Shown here in pieces: positions 38,001 to 48,649 of a DNA stretch of 64,000 bases. Below the pieces are notes generated by a model that did not search any database, had not been told where the DNA came from, and saw only the letters and a program-made list of their open reading frames with translations. Made by a program: the position numbers and the translations under genes. The stretch is from Phoronis australis (taxonomy: Eukaryota; Animalia; Phoronida): positions 124,001 to 188,000 of the forward strand of contig NMRA01000689.1 in the NCBI GenBank assembly GCA_002633005.1, written 5' to 3'. The first letter of the stretch is position 1, and each line of letters starts with the position of its first letter.

Positions 38001-38717
38001 TTAGAGGAAAAAACAGAAAAATTTGCCTGGCGGCAGGGTGCCATTCGGTACTATGTGCATCTACAATCGTGCTTGCGCAAATGTTTACAAACAAAATTCT
38101 GGGCCCTCCCCCCTTGTGATATCCTAGATCCGCCACTGCATTTTGCTTAAATTTCATTGTTCGTAGAAAGGGTAAACATGCATGCTTGCGACAAAAGTTA
38201 ACTCGGTGAGTTTGGGAGCCTGAGCTTACCATGCCAGTGATTGAAAAAATGTGACAAGCGTAGCTTTTTCAAAGTATGTCTCATTTTTGTTCAGGGCCAA
38301 TCAACATTAGGTGTACGACTTAACTAGATAGAATTTGTAAACAAGCTTATCGTGTCAGTAGCAAGTAAATGTTTTTATCAACAATTCAGGTAAATCAGTT
38401 CCAGTCCTCCTCAAATTACTTGAGTGCTTTTGAACAACAGACCTGCCTATTTCCAGATTTGCTGCTCTACACAAAACACCACCTATTGCCCTGATGGTGA
38501 TGCGCATTGGGTTCCGGCCAAAATTACTAATTCCACCAACACGTCCGTAACCATTCTTTACAAAGATACTTGTGACCAGAAGTGGGTTGTTGGCCTGCGT
38601 TACTTGTGGAAGGAGTCCCCATGTACCTTCAAAAACTGTCCGTTGTATGGCGCTGCAAGTCAACTTCCGGTGCCTCCTTTCAAGATGGATGGTATTTTCA
38701 ATAATGGATTAAAATAA
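22937..38717 (+). CDS. SIAE: Sialate O-acetylesterase (SASA/SGNH family), spliced, 9 exons, ~525 aa
   Basis: Exons 22937-23003, 24686-24862, 25506-25690 (duplicate 26202-26386), 27277-27415, 27795-27970, 28748-28957, 30803-30966, 36238-36436 (duplicate 36664-36862), 38457-38717 = 1578 nt in frame. Motifs GDVWLCAGQSNM (catalytic Ser), FSAVCW.FG, WGGTPIE.W, WYQGESN, PFGFVQL, IRWHQTAD, SIHPRDK (catalytic His). Confidence 0.94.
24686..24862 (+). CDS. SIAE: SIAE exon 2
   Basis: LSFANYYGSYMVLQQAPAKATVWG. Confidence 0.92.
25506..25690 (+). CDS. SIAE: SIAE exon 3 (copy A), catalytic Ser
   Basis: WRVLLNAMPAGGPY...DVMFGDVWLCAGQSNMEF. Confidence 0.9.
26202..26386 (+). CDS. SIAE: SIAE exon 3 (copy B; probably the second haplotype)
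   Basis: Near-identical copy (4 substitutions) across the single N at 25818. Confidence 0.7.
27277..27415 (+). CDS. SIAE: SIAE exon 4
   Basis: VFNASEEIATAGNFPDVRVFT...QSW. Confidence 0.92.
27795..27970 (+). CDS. SIAE: SIAE exon 5 (probable GC donor)
   Basis: [39 protein letters not shown]; ends GAG|gcaagt. Confidence 0.9.
28147..28503. mobile_element. TTAA-type MITE, family copy 1
   Basis: TTAA|AGCTACATTTCGC ... GCGAAATACAGCT; internal similarity to 45.0-45.3 kb and 55.5-55.8 kb (TGTTTTTAAACCCCA, AACATT.ACA). Confidence 0.65.
28748..28957 (+). CDS. SIAE: SIAE exon 6
   Basis: IWNAMIFPLYNMTIKGAIWYQGESN...FPAMISDWR...PFGFVQ. Confidence 0.95.
29540..30265. repeat. Degenerate (GTG/GAT)n low-complexity tract
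   Basis: Long GGT/GAT triplet-rich run with recurring TTCAGGTGGAGATGATG subunit. Confidence 0.92.
30803..30966 (+). CDS. SIAE: SIAE exon 7
   Basis: LAPYR...GFPDIRWHQTADMGVAPNPKLPNVFMSVAVDLPDYKSPYG. Confidence 0.95.
32164..32608. other. Assembly gap
   Basis: Run of N. Confidence 0.99.
33050..34085. repeat. Degenerate tandem array, ~2.5 units of ~410-430 bp with internal sub-repeats
   Basis: Recurring TTTACCAAATT(T)CA.AAAAATCC.TCAAGGAA, AGATCCTGCA.TGGGTT, CTTCACACTAAGAACATATATGC, GCCACTAGGGGGCA. Confidence 0.85.
36238..36436 (+). CDS. SIAE: SIAE exon 8 (copy A), catalytic His
   Basis: IHPRDKLDASERLGLAAMGVAYG...GFE. Confidence 0.88.
36664..36862 (+). CDS. SIAE: SIAE exon 8 (copy B; duplicate across single N at 36444)
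   Basis: Coding sequence identical to copy A. Confidence 0.75.
37151..38138. mobile_element. ~990-bp non-autonomous DNA transposon (GGCGGATCTAG-type TIRs)
   Basis: CATAGGCGGATTTAGG ... CCTAGATCCGCCACTG; no clean target-site duplication seen. Confidence 0.6.
37839..37905 (+). repeat. tRNA-derived (SINE-head-like) fragment
   Basis: A-box TGGTACAGTGG and B-box GTTCGAGTC at tRNA-like spacing; acceptor stem not intact. Confidence 0.5.
38457..38717 (+). CDS. SIAE: SIAE last exon
   Basis: ICCS...WVPAKI...GLRYLWKESPCTFKNCPLYGAASQLPVPPF...TAA. Confidence 0.93.
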   Translation: MCCSTQNTTYCPDGDAHWVPAKITNSTNTSVTILYKDTCDQKWVVGLRYLWKESPCTFKNCPLYGAASQLPVPPFKMDGIFNNGLK

Positions 38718-41700
38718 AGGAAACTAAGTCACATTGATATTGTTGACAACAAACTTCCAAGTAATGATTCGAAATTAAATTACCACGCTGTTGTTTGCTT
38801 TCACCAGCTTCAAAAGAGCATAATTAAACCTCTAAAAATATTCGGGGTACTTTTGTTAGTTTCCTCTACTTAAATTCCCATGCATCCCTGATCAGTTCAA
38901 GCAAACACTCGCAAATTCAAATTGCCATAAAATAACGGCGACGAATCTCCCCGTCAAGGTGATCCATTAACTCCATTCGAGCCACTTTGTTATGACGTGT
39001 AATTAAGAAGGCTTATTCCACAAATTAGAGCTCGATCCCAAGCAAGAGTTTCCACGCACCAAAATCGAATCAAAGTAAATGTGCAGCTGCGTGTCACTTT
39101 CACCGTACAGTTTAGAAATCCTTTGAAAGGTTTGTACATTTATCTTCCAAACAATACCACTTATCGTCATGAATCCAGTCAATTTCTTCAAAAGGTTGAC
39201 GACCACAATGGCGTTGTTTTTCAACGAGTAGGTAATTAGTAGCCTAACCTTTCTACAGTAATACAACACTTGACAAAATACTGACTGCAAAACATCGATC
39301 TCGAGTGCGTACTTAGAATATAACGCTCATGAGCGGAATAATATCACTAAGCTAGGAACCTTTTCTAAGTTACAGCCATGACTACAATTTTCATATCAGT
39401 GATTTCTCCAAGATGATGCGCGGAATGAATCTTTCTAAACGCATTTTCTTGAATTTTCTCGAATTGGCTGCCAATTTCAAATGTTAATTTTCATACGTAT
39501 TCATTTATAATTGAAACGAAGGCAGAATTGGAAACCATCTTCATTGTCATAATTTGCATTGTCGTCAACATTGCTTATCTTTTGGTTGTCGTTAGGATCT
39601 TTCGCCATGGTGACATTGAATTACCACCTGGCATTGTCAGATTTTTTTATTAAGAGCGTGCCAAATCAAACTTGGTCTTAAAATCATGGTTTAAGTGAAA
39701 CTTGAAGATACGGGGAAAAGGTGAAATCGTTACAAAATATAGGTATCATGACAACAAATGGCGCTTAAATGAAAACATCGAGGTTTCGGTGAAATACATC
39801 TAATGCAACTTCGCTGGCAGTATAGAATTTCCATCCATTTGTTTGTAGTGTAACTTCATTTGTTCCCTTTCTTATGAAAACAAATTACTTTCTTTTCTTG
39901 TCATTTCAGCTCCCTTTGTTATTGTATTCGCGTCATTTTGTACAAGTAAAAAGTCTCCGGGGCTCTTCAGGTGTCTTTGTGTGCAGATAACTTTATTTTT
40001 AGTCCACGTTTTGATTCTCAACAACACAACAAGAGACATTCAATCACACACCTCCAAAACAATCTGAATGTTTTGTCGAGAGTCATTTCATATCCTTGCC
40101 TTTAAGCTAACTGTTTGATTTCTTTATAGTAAAACGCACGCTGATAATGAAAACAACAGCTTTTACATAAAGGAAAATAAACCATAATGTTCTATTTCGT
40201 GTTGTTGTTTCTATTCTTCGTCTCTGCGCTTTTATTTTGCTTTTGTCTTATTGTCATATCGCATACCAGGTGTGTTTCATTCTATCAAAAAGGCCGGCCA
40301 GTGTCAAACAGCCCGACCCCTTCAGGGAGGACGCTTTCCCAGGTAAAATATCGTCTACAGGTGTTTGTGTACATACACCTCGTTGTAAGGGTGTGGTTGA
40401 CAATTGCTCAATTCTATTTACATGGACTGTTTTGACCATTTACCAAATCTTTTGAAAACGGGGAATATTTACGTTCCATCAGTGCGAAAAAGTACTGAAA
40501 AACCTTAATATACTCACGCCGTGTAATCTGATTTTTAACTAACTCCAATAACTTTTGGTGCTGAGATCGCATGGTGGAGATTAATTGGTGTAATGTTTTT
40601 GGCAGTGAATAAGCAAAATGTATCTAGTTCTTTCTAACAGCGCTAAGGAACATACCATCAATGGTAGTGATTCTATAGTCATTGCAGTCTGTGTATGTTG
40701 GTAGCAGTGTTATTTATTGACCAGCTACATATATCATAGCTATTCTAAAGATGATGGCAATAATCGCAATTAACAAGAGCGACGAGAATGATAATTGTCC
40801 CTCATGATCAATACTATGTTGAAATCACATCTCCAAGGTGTGATAATCACCTTTCAGTACCTGGGAGCATACAGTTCTGACTGGTGTCAAACAGCCGTGA
40901 GAAACTGAATGCTAGCTATGAACAAAACGGGTGCAGTTTCTTTCAGGTTGCAAAAATATTATGCGACACAATTCCAAAACTAAGTTTGAGTTTTAGATTC
41001 ACTTGTTTAGGTTTTGATTATTTTTTAAAATTGTTTTTTTAATAACTTGTTCCAAGAATCGAAAGCAAGGAATTGAAATGACTCTTCTGTATGCATTTGC
41101 ATTTTTGTAAAAGAATCCAAGGTAATGAAAAACGAAGTGCGTAGTTCTTCAACGCCCCTCCATTTTGTGGTGTATCACCAGAATTCAAGAATTGAAAATC
41201 TCGTATTCTGCGAATTTTGAAAAAATGATGTTTTCTTGAAAGAAGTTGGGAATAGTTTTGTCTAAATTTGCTTGCGTTTAAATCCATTTTATGAAGATTT
41301 TATCTGAAATGAATCTGAATGAGTGTCGCTGAATGGGAATCAATGGGAGTATTCATTTTTTCAAACACATGCAAGTTGCAATCAACCCTCATTACAGGAA
41401 GAGTTGCGGTCGAATCGATTTGTGGCACTGACTATACCACATTCTTTCAATCACGGCGTCATGTTACGCATAGTGATCAGGTTTGCAATACAACAATAAT
41501 CAGTTTCACTGGGATCCATATAATAACACGTTGAGCACTCTGCGATGTTTTTTGTTCACAGTTCGAGCGTTCTCACTCGTGTTTGATTGTGGGCTTAGTT
41601 CACAATCAATGGGCGATTCTCAATGACGAACGAGACTGAGTTGATAAATAGCGGTATCATTTATAAAAACTATACTTCGAATACGATGTCACCATTTTAT

Positions 41701-43410
41701 GAATTAATCAGCTACTTATACTCCATTGTATTTTCTAAATTTCAATTTTGCGGAATACAAAGTGCCGCCTATTCTTTGCTTACGTGAATTTAGACATAGT
41801 ATTAGTTTTAGAAAATGTTTCTGCGATTGTTTCAAACACCATGTAGCTGTCTCGTTTTATAAAGCCAACGATAGTCAGATGACAGCACTCCAACATCAAA
41901 TTCACTACAATGCAGACATGCGCACCATCACCCCTGCGCGCTCTTTTCTCAACCCTGTCGTTAAACTGAGTGACCCTATAGGGGCACAGGGACGCAGGCA
42001 ATAAACTGAGCAACGTTTATGTTCGTGGTCGCCATACCTTTCACTAGTTCTTTACTTTTCTTCACAAATCTCGTTCCTGTATTGCTAAGCTTTTAGAATA
42101 TTTTCTCCCGCCAGGCTTTTAATGAAAATTAAAAGCCGTTCGTGTGAAAATGTGTTTGCAATGCAAATCATTAAGAGGTTATGTTGCCTCTCTTCCTGTA
42201 TACCGGATTCTGATGGCCTTTCATTCCTGTACATACATTTGACACGATTCATAGGAGACTTTTCAGATAAAATACTAAATTTCTTAGTCTCTATAATGAA
42301 TACTGGTTCAGTCCGTTCACTACATTTCACCATGTTTTCTTACATGTCGTGATACATAAAAACCCGTCGGATCATTCGCAGTGGTCAATTTCGTCACCTT
42401 TGTGTCGTTACCAAGTTTCGGGTAATCAAAAATGCTTTCATACATAAACAAATTTCAATTACCTCAGCAGTACACGTTTACTTGGGCTTCAAGTTGACGA
42501 TATTTACTTTTCGCGTCATCTTACGTCAACACATCCTCACACCCATATTGGCAAAGCATGACGGAAACATGTTTATATGTCACGGGTGGCAAATAATAGC
42601 AGATACTTTGCCTAAATTATTGCCACCTGACAAACAGCAACAATAAATTAATGAACACAAGAGCTGGGCCACAGTAGTATTATAAACAAAGAACACATTC
42701 GAGATAATGCGTGTAGCTACCAAATAATACATAAACAGTTTGGATGTAATAAAACAAACACGAAACTGCTAATATCACATTTTTACTTTTTTTTTTAAGA
42801 AACTACAACCAGTGTTGCCATTTCCAGCTGCCGCACGTGCTGGGAGTTTATATAAGGCATGTATTCATTTACGTAATCGCCACTGTTCGCGTTTTCCACG
42901 GTAGTTGCGAGAGTTGTTGAAACAGGATATAACGAGATCCGATTGCGTTGATTCGTGACGAAAATTGAAAACTGCTTGTTAGCGGTACCGGATGTTTTAC
43001 TACGTCTACAAGGTTATGGCGAAAAATTTCATACAAACCCACCTGCAATTGTTATATGGTGAAAGCGCAAGCGAGGTGAAATTTCTGCTGAATCCTGTTA
43101 TCTTTATTTTTTGTATAATTTAAAGTTCTCAGCCCACTTTGTTGAGCAGTTTTAACCGCATCATACCAAATATAGTTTGAGAAGAAATACAGTCACGTGT
43201 AGCAGCGCTACCAATTTGACGTATCAATTTCTAAAATATTGATGTTTAAAGTAACCCGTTTAATAATATGTCGTTGTTTTTTCTTTGGTTTCTTTTTGTT
43301 TGTTTATACAAGAACGATCAAACTGTGTTCGCTTGCATGCATGGTACAACCTAGCGCCATTACCATTACTTGCTGAACCAACAGTCTCTGCCATGACTCG
43401 TTTTATTTCG

Positions 43411-43620
43411 AGGAGACATTGTGGCGCAGTGCTCTGAGACCCCGGTTCAAATCCTGGCTTTACTGGCAGACAATCAAGCATTGCACAAAGATGTCTCTTA
43501 CTCCTCTTAGCTTGGTCTTAGTGAACGTATGCAACGGAGTAAATGATAACCTGCGGGATGTAACGCGAAAGCGATTTCTGGGAGTGTGCCCATATTGAGT
43601 ACTAAAGAACTTCTATTATT
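43411..43620 (+). mobile_element. Degenerate tRNA-derived SINE
   Basis: TGGCGCAGTG (A-box) and GGTTCAAATCC (B-box, spacing shortened), tail ending TATTATTT. Confidence 0.45.
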
Positions 43621-44989
43621 TAAAGTTAATTTTATTTTTCACAATTCAAAAGCTAATGACGTTGAAATGAACTGTAACTGTTAAACAGTACGTTAGTTAT
43701 ATCGGCGTTTTTTAAGAATTTAACAAAACAGAAATTTTAAAGCGTTATCCTGATTATATAGCACCATGTTATATACTTCAACTTTGTGCTATTCACCAGA
43801 CAAGATACGGAAATACACTGTCGGTAAAAATCTACCACTGTCCATTTTCTTGTTCATTATCTAATCCACGAAAACCAACATAGCTTCTGAGAGTTTTGCG
43901 TTAGTAAGACAATTCTAATAAACGCTTTGTCTAAACTAATTGGATTTATATCTTATTTGTATTGATTATGGAATGAAGACAGTTGAGCACACGTTGCACG
44001 TTTCATTTATGTAAGGTATTTCTTCCGAGCTGGGGAAACTTTCAGCGAATATGTTCTTTTACGACAAACTGCCCCATAAACGTGTTTTTTGTCAACAGTA
44101 TGGCACGATAGACGTTAACGCCCGCAACAGAATTTGTGGGAGGGGTTTGTGTAGCCTCGCATCATAATTTGTTAGGTCGAGGTGTAACGTTGTTTGTAGA
44201 GGCTCGAGGGTAGTGCTTGGGCATCTATTCTCTTTTGATCCCAACATGTGTTGTCCTCAAAGTCTCTGCTATGGTAAAAAATCTACCGGGCATTTCCGAT
44301 AAAGCACCACGTGCACTTTTTCTTCCTACAGTTTCGGCAATTCCCGGAATATGGTAAGTTTATATCGTATATGCGCAGCCCCTGCGCTTGTGGCGACGCT
44401 GCGCATGCTTATCCGAATTTAGTCTCGGGAGGGCCAAAAATGTTACCCAGTTTGACTGGGCATCCTATTTTTCCGTGGAAAAAGAGCCAGGGAGTATTGG
44501 GCGCCCGCTGCAAGATCGATGTGCGACATGTTGCGGCAACGCCACAGGGTCTGTGCCATTTTGTGCCACTGTGTACAGTACGATAAATATGTCGTCGACG
44601 TTGTTGTGTCAGAGGAATGTCTTGTTGTAAACTTACACCATGACGTGCTATCGTCATCGCACCAATATAATTTGTGATTGCTTACGTCAACTAAGTGGTT
44701 TAATGTGAATTCATTCTAATGTGAAAAGGAAGGGCAGTGTCATTTTCGACATCAACACAGGCACTAGAAACGATTTATTCGTTCTAAGCTCTTAGATTAC
44801 GTGTAGTTATTCTCTCTGTCGCCAATGGTGTTTGTCTTAATGGAGTTTTCGGTGAAGTTTCGCGTCACTTTAATGCATTAGACGCTCCAGTTATTAGCGC
44901 CATTGACTGGGATGGTCTATAACTGTCGTTAGACAACGTTAGGCTCAAGAAATGCTATTGTTTCATTTTTAGTCTTAACGCTGTTTGTT

Positions 44990-45295
44990 AAGGTGGCTAA
45001 AAGCGGAAATCGAATTCAACCGCTTACTGTCATAAAATCGGTCTTTGAGTCCTTTTCTTGACATGATTCTATTTTATTGGCCAAGAAGAAAACATCGAAA
45101 CCATCAGCGGCTCAAAAAGCTTCAGAGTTTTTTGAATTGCCCAACCATTAAATTTTGGTTCGAAAATGGCGCACGTACGCATTGCCTGTCATTCAGCAAA
45201 TATTCAAGATTGGATTTACGTGGTCGTGTTTTTAAACCCCACAGCGTTTGCGTAAGAATTGAACATTGACAATCAAGCAGGAGAGAAATGCAACT
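44990..45295. mobile_element. TTAA-type MITE, family copy 2 (left end eroded)
   Basis: Ends GAAATGCAACT|TTAA; shares CGAAAATGGCGCA..GCATTGCCTGT and TGTTTTTAAACCCCA with the 28-kb copy. Confidence 0.6.
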
Positions 45296-47820
45296 TTAAG
45301 TTAACACACATTACGTAACAAAACAGGTGACTTGCGGGTACGCGGCAGACAATGTGTGCTCTGAAAAAACAACAGAGAATTAGGAAGCGAATGGCAGGGG
45401 CATGTCGTCTGCTCCTGAATAGCGTACACGGTAGAGCACGTGCGAGCATGCGCGGGATAAACAGGTGATAAGTAGAACAGCAATGGAGGTGATCATGAGG
45501 CCGGGTGACAGCTACGGGTAAGGGCGAATCGCGAAATTTGTATGACAACGGGTTATTAGTATTGAAAAATATTTACCAATATGTTCATGAAATGCCCATT
45601 TTGTCAATTTTCCTCCCATTGTCTGCGAAGTATAGCCTACCAACAGTAGTACAAAAAGAACACGTAAAACGGCAATAAACGCACACATGTAACAATGATT
45701 CTGGAATTCCTTCATGAAATTGGTGAGCCACTGGGCACTACGAAAGTGTCAAAACCATTAAAAAAATTGGATTTGTACCTTAATCAGATTTGTGAATTGT
45801 TCAGTTAATGATACAAACATGCCATTTACAAAAACATTTTTGCAAAAAATATGACTAGTCATAAAAAATCTAATATGGCGACCAGTTTTTTAAGATCGCC
45901 GATAGTGGATAGGAAAACAACTACTAACCACAAAAACAATCGATTTCTTACAACTTGGGCAAAAGTTATTAGTTTTTAACATCTTCAGCTGATTTATTAC
46001 ATCACAAATCTTAGGGCCAATAATTGCATAAATTCTTTACACTGAACAAAAAATTCACCCGATGGCTTAATGAATCAATTTCATGCTTACGCGATCTTGA
46101 GATCAAGCAAAATTTCAAGTTCAAGCACAACAAAAGTACCGGAAGGTGCACTTATAGGAGTGCCGAAATAAAAAAAAAAACGTACCGTAAGTTTGCAGTA
46201 AAATTGTCTCATGACACCATTACAGAGATCGTAAGAACTCTAGGGCCATCGCACGCCAGCACAACACTTGGTTTTTCTGAAAAATGCTTCAAGCTGTTCG
46301 TGCAAATATAACGGCGTCCGTATGTCTGAACTTCGTATGTAAGCCGCAAAACATTCTACTCCGTCTGCGAAGGTCTGCGATCGTCGGTATTCCGAGAATA
46401 AAGGGGTTTCATACGAACCTATCGTTCGTAAGAAACTTTTTACCGTAGCCTTTTCTCTCCGTTTGCTCGTGATTACATCAGCTGATGGTGCATCAATAGT
46501 CAACTTGTCGGACTAATCACAGTATGAATATGTACCCTTTCGGTGAATAGTGCGAGACGTGCACGAAACAAATATTTTATCGGAATATTCCGACAACGAG
46601 AATAAAGATGAAGAACACAGACCAGATTGATGGCGTTCAGATTAATGTGCTGTTGGCTAATCCGCTATCGGAGAGCACTGCCTCCCGTTCAGTAACGCTA
46701 GGACCTCGCTAAAAAAACAAGACTTCGCGAGATTACGTGATAAATTGCCGTGTATTTTAAATGAGAACACATGACTCTGACTAGGTTTTATCTAGGTCCT
46801 AGCGTAGATCCTAGCGTCCACTAAACACACGCCTGCTCTACTGTCAACCCCCACTAGCTAATTCATTATCGGTTTCCGGAGATCACGTGACAAAAGTCCC
46901 GCGCGCTTGGAGATGTGATAATTACATTATAATCAGAGTTCAACGTTGACTATAATGTAATCCTAAATTCTTTAAGTAACAAACTCGAACATTTTCTGAC
47001 GTCACAGTGACATCATGGTCATTCAACTGTAATCTTAATAATACATTTTTCAGTGACTGTAAAGCGGATTATGCTCCTTTAATTGTGACGTCTTTGTTGC
47101 TCTATTTAATATACATGGACTCATTACTCAGGAGATGTGTTAGTGTACATCGCATTGCTACATGCTTTCTCACAGTAAAATTCATATTCTTGTAATTCTC
47201 AAATACTGAAACAAAGACAAAACAAAAACATAAATGTTTTGTGTTAATAAAAGGTCCCCTTCAATACTTGGAATATCCACTGTTTTGTGTTCATTGTATT
47301 ATAGTTGCTCTTTGCTGCTACATCAAGGACTATGAACTATGGTGGCTGGGAATGTCAATTTGTTCAAGGTGTAAAGTTCGATATATTGTTTATAGTTTAA
47401 TGCAAGACGTGGATCAAAGTCTTTTCATGTAATACTTTGCATGTAATTGTATCATTTCTGAAAACAGTAGAAAGAAACCTTTTTTCGCTGGAGAATCGTC
47501 ATTGGTCGAGGGTCTTTAAACAGGAACCCCACATGACCACTGTGAGAAAATGAGCTTCTTCATTGTCGTTATTTGAGAAGAGGAACTCACAGATTTAGAA
47601 TTCTCATAGAACAAACTGTCACAATAGCCCCAATATGGTATACCGTTGGCCCATGCCTTTGCACATGCCCGGAGGAGGGCACGTGGTAAGTTGTACGTGG
47701 ACTCGTTGTACATCTATTGTATCAACATTACGATCATTTCCTCAGCAAATGGTAGCATTGAACAGTGGTGCAAATCGATGAAAAACACAGTGCAGAAGCT
47801 AAAGTTGTCCGACTCGTATA

Positions 47821-47960
47821 CAGAGGCGGATTTAGGAAGCGACCGTTCCCTCCCCCCTCCTACTACAGAAACGACCGAAAAAAGCACTCGCCATGCCGAC
47901 TTTAGGGCCTTTTCTGTTGTTGCCGCTCCCTCTCCCTTACGACATATTAGATCCGCGAGT
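47821..47960. mobile_element. Short GGCGGAT-TIR MITE
   Basis: CAGAGGCGGATTTAGG ... TAGATCCGCGAGTG. Confidence 0.55.
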
Positions 47961-48378
47961 GCGCGCATGAGAAATCATTGATCTAGGTAACATTGTTAGT
48001 TCCGTTATATGAACAATTCCACGGATTAATTTAGAAGTGATCAGTTGACATGGCACACTGTTATTTGAGTCACAGGTACGGGTTGTCTTTTGGCGCAACC
48101 TTTCGTCTCTGTGGAGCGTATTGCTACTGTTCATGAGTGAACGTAAACAAATCTCCGATTGGTCAATCAACTCAGGAGACTATAATTTTTCCGCGAATCA
48201 AAATCCAACCGCCTTGTCAGTAAGTATTTACGCACAAATGTGAGCGAACGTTCTCATAATCTCAGATGATCTTGTGAAAAGCACAAGCAAGATCTGCGAA
48301 AATTTAATTGTAGACGTACATCACCATTTCGAGTTTGTTGTTCAATAAACAACAGTATTAGCGTTGACCAAGGCAAGA

Positions 48379-48649
48379 ATGCTTGTGGCAATTGTTGAGA
48401 TCTTGCTTCTTGCAAGTTTGCAAGTTGCTAAATCAAGGACAATTCACGCTTCTTCTGGAAGTAAGAGTTCGACAGAAAAACCGACCTATCTGAGTCAAGC
48501 CATTGCTAAATATGTTGAAACTGCTAACGCAAAAGACCATGCGAATTCTGTGCTTCCCGAGAGCGAAACAGTTATAACGCGAGGCGGACGAGCCATTTCA
48601 GATGACGTGTTTACAAACATAGAAGTACCTCGCAGGATGTATCGAAAAG
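48379..48649 (+). CDS. Probable first exon of EGFR-like L-domain gene: signal peptide plus pro-like segment
   Basis: [19 protein letters not shown]... open for 90 codons to AAG|gtaagt; phase 1 joins 59828 to give ...RRMYRK-E-CNGT. The link spans an 11-kb intron and is inferred. Confidence 0.65.

Noticed and set aside
46406-46437. Hairpin GTTTCATACGAAC/GTTCGTAAGAAAC
   Set aside because: Single short palindrome without further context; cannot assign a function
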